A DNA stretch of 64,000 nucleotides. Origin: Macrostomum lignano. Its lineage: Eukaryota. This document shows, one piece after another, positions 61,597-64,000 of this stretch (position 1 is the first letter of the stretch; every line of letters starts with the position of its first letter). The notes under the pieces are model-generated. The model saw only the letters and a list, made by a program, of their open reading frames with translations. It was not told the DNA's origin and did no database searches. The position numbers and the translations under genes were made by a program. The stretch covers positions 744,001-808,000 of the forward strand of contig NIVC01000052.1 in the NCBI GenBank assembly GCA_002269645.1. Reading direction: 5' to 3'.

Positions 61597-62237
61597 AAAT
61601 GCCTGCAGAAGATTTGCCTAAAGAGATTTGTAAACAGTGCATTTTGCCTGTGAGTAAATTGCCTGTGGAGATTTGCCTGCCGAGAATTGCCTGCCGAGAT
61701 TTGTTCGCAGTGCAATTTGCCCGCAATGAATTGCCCATGAGCGAGTTGCCTGAAGAGTTTTTTCCTGCCAAGGTTTGCCCACAATGCTTTTTTACTGCAG
61801 TAGATTTGGTAGCTAGATTCTGTCTGTATTGCCTGGCCCCCCAAAAATATGCATTTGATATGCAATTACTATCAAAAAGTTTTGGTGTAAATCTTTTTAC
61901 TAAGATGTATTACATATAATAAGCATTGGGAAGGCAATGCAGACAAAATCTGCAATAAAAAAGCATTGTAGGCAAACCACAATGGGAAAAACTCTACGGG
62001 CAACTCACTTGCAGGCAATCCACTTGAGGGCAAATTGTATTGCGGGCAAATCTCTATGGGCAATTTGCTCACAGGCAAAATGCACTGTGAACAAATCTCA
62101 ATAGGCAATTCTTGGCAGGCAAATCTCCACGGGCAATTCCCTCATAGGCAAAATGCACTGCAGGCAAATCTTGGCAGAAAAAGCCCATCTCCTATGGGCA
62201 AATCTTGGCAGGCAATTCATCTGCGGGCAATTCTCAT
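61597..62237. mobile_element. Foldback/MITE-like element: long imperfect inverted arms made of 15-bp subrepeats
   Basis: Arms about 61597-61833 and 61933-62237, e.g. GAGATTTGT..ACAGTGCATTTTGCCTGTGAG and its reverse complement; AT-rich spacer. Confidence 0.75.
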
Positions 62238-62425
62238 GGACCCACCAACTAGACAGCAGGATGCCCAAGATAATGCTAGCATGCTATGTTTAGAGAAGCT
62301 ATGCTTTAAGAAATCTAGAAGAAACTAGCAATCAGTGCCCCCCATTTGGGAGCCAAAAATGCAGTACAAGTTGGTTTAATAAACTACATGTAGCGTCTCT
62401 TTGCATTTTATCCTAGCAGTCCCTT

Positions 62426-62528
62426 GTAAGCTTTGACATGTCAGCAATTCCCCCCACAAGCCTTAATATATCAACTCCCCCTTGACATCTCAGCGATGCC
62501 CCCATAAGCCTTGAAATCTAAAAAATCT
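62426..62528 (+). repeat. Short interspersed repeat (copy 2)
   Basis: Near-identical to 16993-17098. Confidence 0.8.
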
Positions 62529-62722
62529 AATAATAGAGAAAAATAAATTAATAAAATCAGATGATTAAAATAAATGAATATGCTAAAAGAATGAGCAATC
62601 TTGCAATATATAGGCTCTTTTAGTGACTCCATCCATTTGTAGTTTTTATTTTCAGATGGTCTAGAGGTCTAACTCTAATCTTGATATATTTATTACAAGT
62701 AAAAAAATATTAGAATCAATAT

Positions 62723-62840
62723 CAGGTGCATAGCCAGGATTCATGTCAAGGGAGGGGGGACAAAGACATCAATCCATTTCCAATGTTAGCAATGGAAGCA
62801 TGCCCCTGGTGTCCGTGTACTCCCCTTGGCTACACCCCTG
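62723..62840. mobile_element. Decayed MITE with CAGG(G)GC(A/G)TAGCC-type TIRs (PIF/Harbinger-like)
   Basis: CAGGTGCATAGCCAG ... TTGGCTACACCCCTG imperfect terminal inverted repeats. Confidence 0.5.
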
Positions 62841-63589
62841 ATTAGTATCTAGGCCTAACTTCAATATTATAGGGCATAGTTTAAAATTAATGTGGATAAA
62901 ATAAAAGGCTAATGTACTTTTATACTCTATAGAAGAATATAGGCCTACTTATTCATATCATGTAATAATATTACATGAGAAATTTTAGAATACTGCACGA
63001 GCTGCGACCTGTGTCTGTGAGCATAATAGAAATAAACTTGCTGACTAAATTGCATGGGTGGGTTTTCTAGACAGATATTCAGGCAGGCATTATATCTAAA
63101 AGATCGTCTGTTTTCTAAAAATTATTGTAGATTATTTTAATTTTTTAAATGTTTCAAGGGAGATTAAATTTTACTCACGATGCTGTTTTTATGAGTAAAA
63201 CAAAAGAAGAACAAAACTAGAGCCCCATTCTTACGTGCACTATCTCCTATCTTCATTATTGTCATCTATTCATCGATGTTTAAAATTTTTCGTGTCAAAG
63301 CTCCGTGTCATCATTCGTCTAATAGCCAAAAGGGAGCGAGGCAGACAACCCCACTATATAATAGAATTCAACCCGCTGAACATTACTTACATAACATATA
63401 GCTTTTTGCAGCCCATTTAGGGTTACGCGCATTGAATTTAATCCAAGATATGTTTGTCAAAGCAATGGAGCTTTTGTCTATGGTAGCAAGGCTGGCACAG
63501 CGGCATTTAATTTGGTCCAACAAGCATCAATTTGGTCCATTTAGTTCATTTGCAGCTCAGTCCCAGAATTGTGGACCATATGCTAGGCT

Positions 63590-64000
63590 ATTGAACGAAT
63601 GTCATTGGCTTGTGATCGAAGCACTCGACGGAGGTGAACACCCAAAGGACATTGCAAGGTTGCTGAATGTGAAAGAAATGGTGGTTTACAGCATCTAGCA
63701 GCGCGTTGAAACTCTGCCGGCAGAGACTGCCTGCGAAAGGGTGGCAATCGCCAAGGAAAGTTGCTCGAGAGCCTCAGGTCCAACTGCTACTCGATGCAGT
63801 GGAGACGAACCCTTTGTTGACGTTGCCGAAATGCAGCAGAAGTTGAGGGAACAGCTCCAGTTGGTTATCAGATTTCGACTATCAGCAGAGCTCTGGAAAA
63901 GCAACTGAAAACTTTTGGTAAGAGACGCTGACATTCCAGCGGTGCGCAACAACCTGCAGACGGTTGCGAGAAGGCAAGAGTTTGTCCAATGGCTCACGAG
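63590..64000 (+). mobile_element. Decayed Tc1/IS630-like transposase relic (runs off the window)
   Basis: Frame-shifted pieces LVIEALDGGEHPKDIARLLNVKEMVVYSI, KGGNRQGKL, QVQLLLDAVETNPLLT, ISTISRAL, IPAVRNNLQTVARRQEFVQW. Confidence 0.65.

Overview
Eukaryotic (metazoan) genomic DNA, rich in simple repeats, with spliceosomal introns and TTAGGG remnants. The style resembles the flatworm Macrostomum, but that is an inference only. Main contents: (1) a minus-strand gene for an N-terminal PDZ-domain protein, which I rebuilt by hand as at least 8 phase-consistent exons (34417 to 14766) scattered among minisatellites and microsatellites and including one GC-AG intron; (2) in one of its introns, a young Penelope-like element (RT + GIY-YIG) present as a 2045-bp inverted dimer, with a 13-bp flanking direct repeat and a minimal type I hammerhead ribozyme in the 156-bp spacer; (3) a full-length LOA/Lian-like non-LTR retrotransposon (ORF1; APE-RT-RNaseH-CCHC) with a target-site duplication (TSD) and a single frameshift; (4) a compact intronless neuropeptide precursor gene (TATA, signal peptide, 12 dibasic-flanked non-amidated FF/FL...DRY/DRF peptides, polyA signals) that I cannot place in a family I know; (5) a three-exon two-TM membrane-protein gene; (6) two tRNA-derived SINE families, Tc1/IS630 relics, a foldback-like element, MITE-like pieces and many tandem arrays. 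Most long ORFs in the supplied track are artefacts of tandem repeats. The most novel candidates are the neuropeptide precursor and the Penelope 5' region, where the ribozyme core contains the only nearby ATG and overlaps a possible intron.
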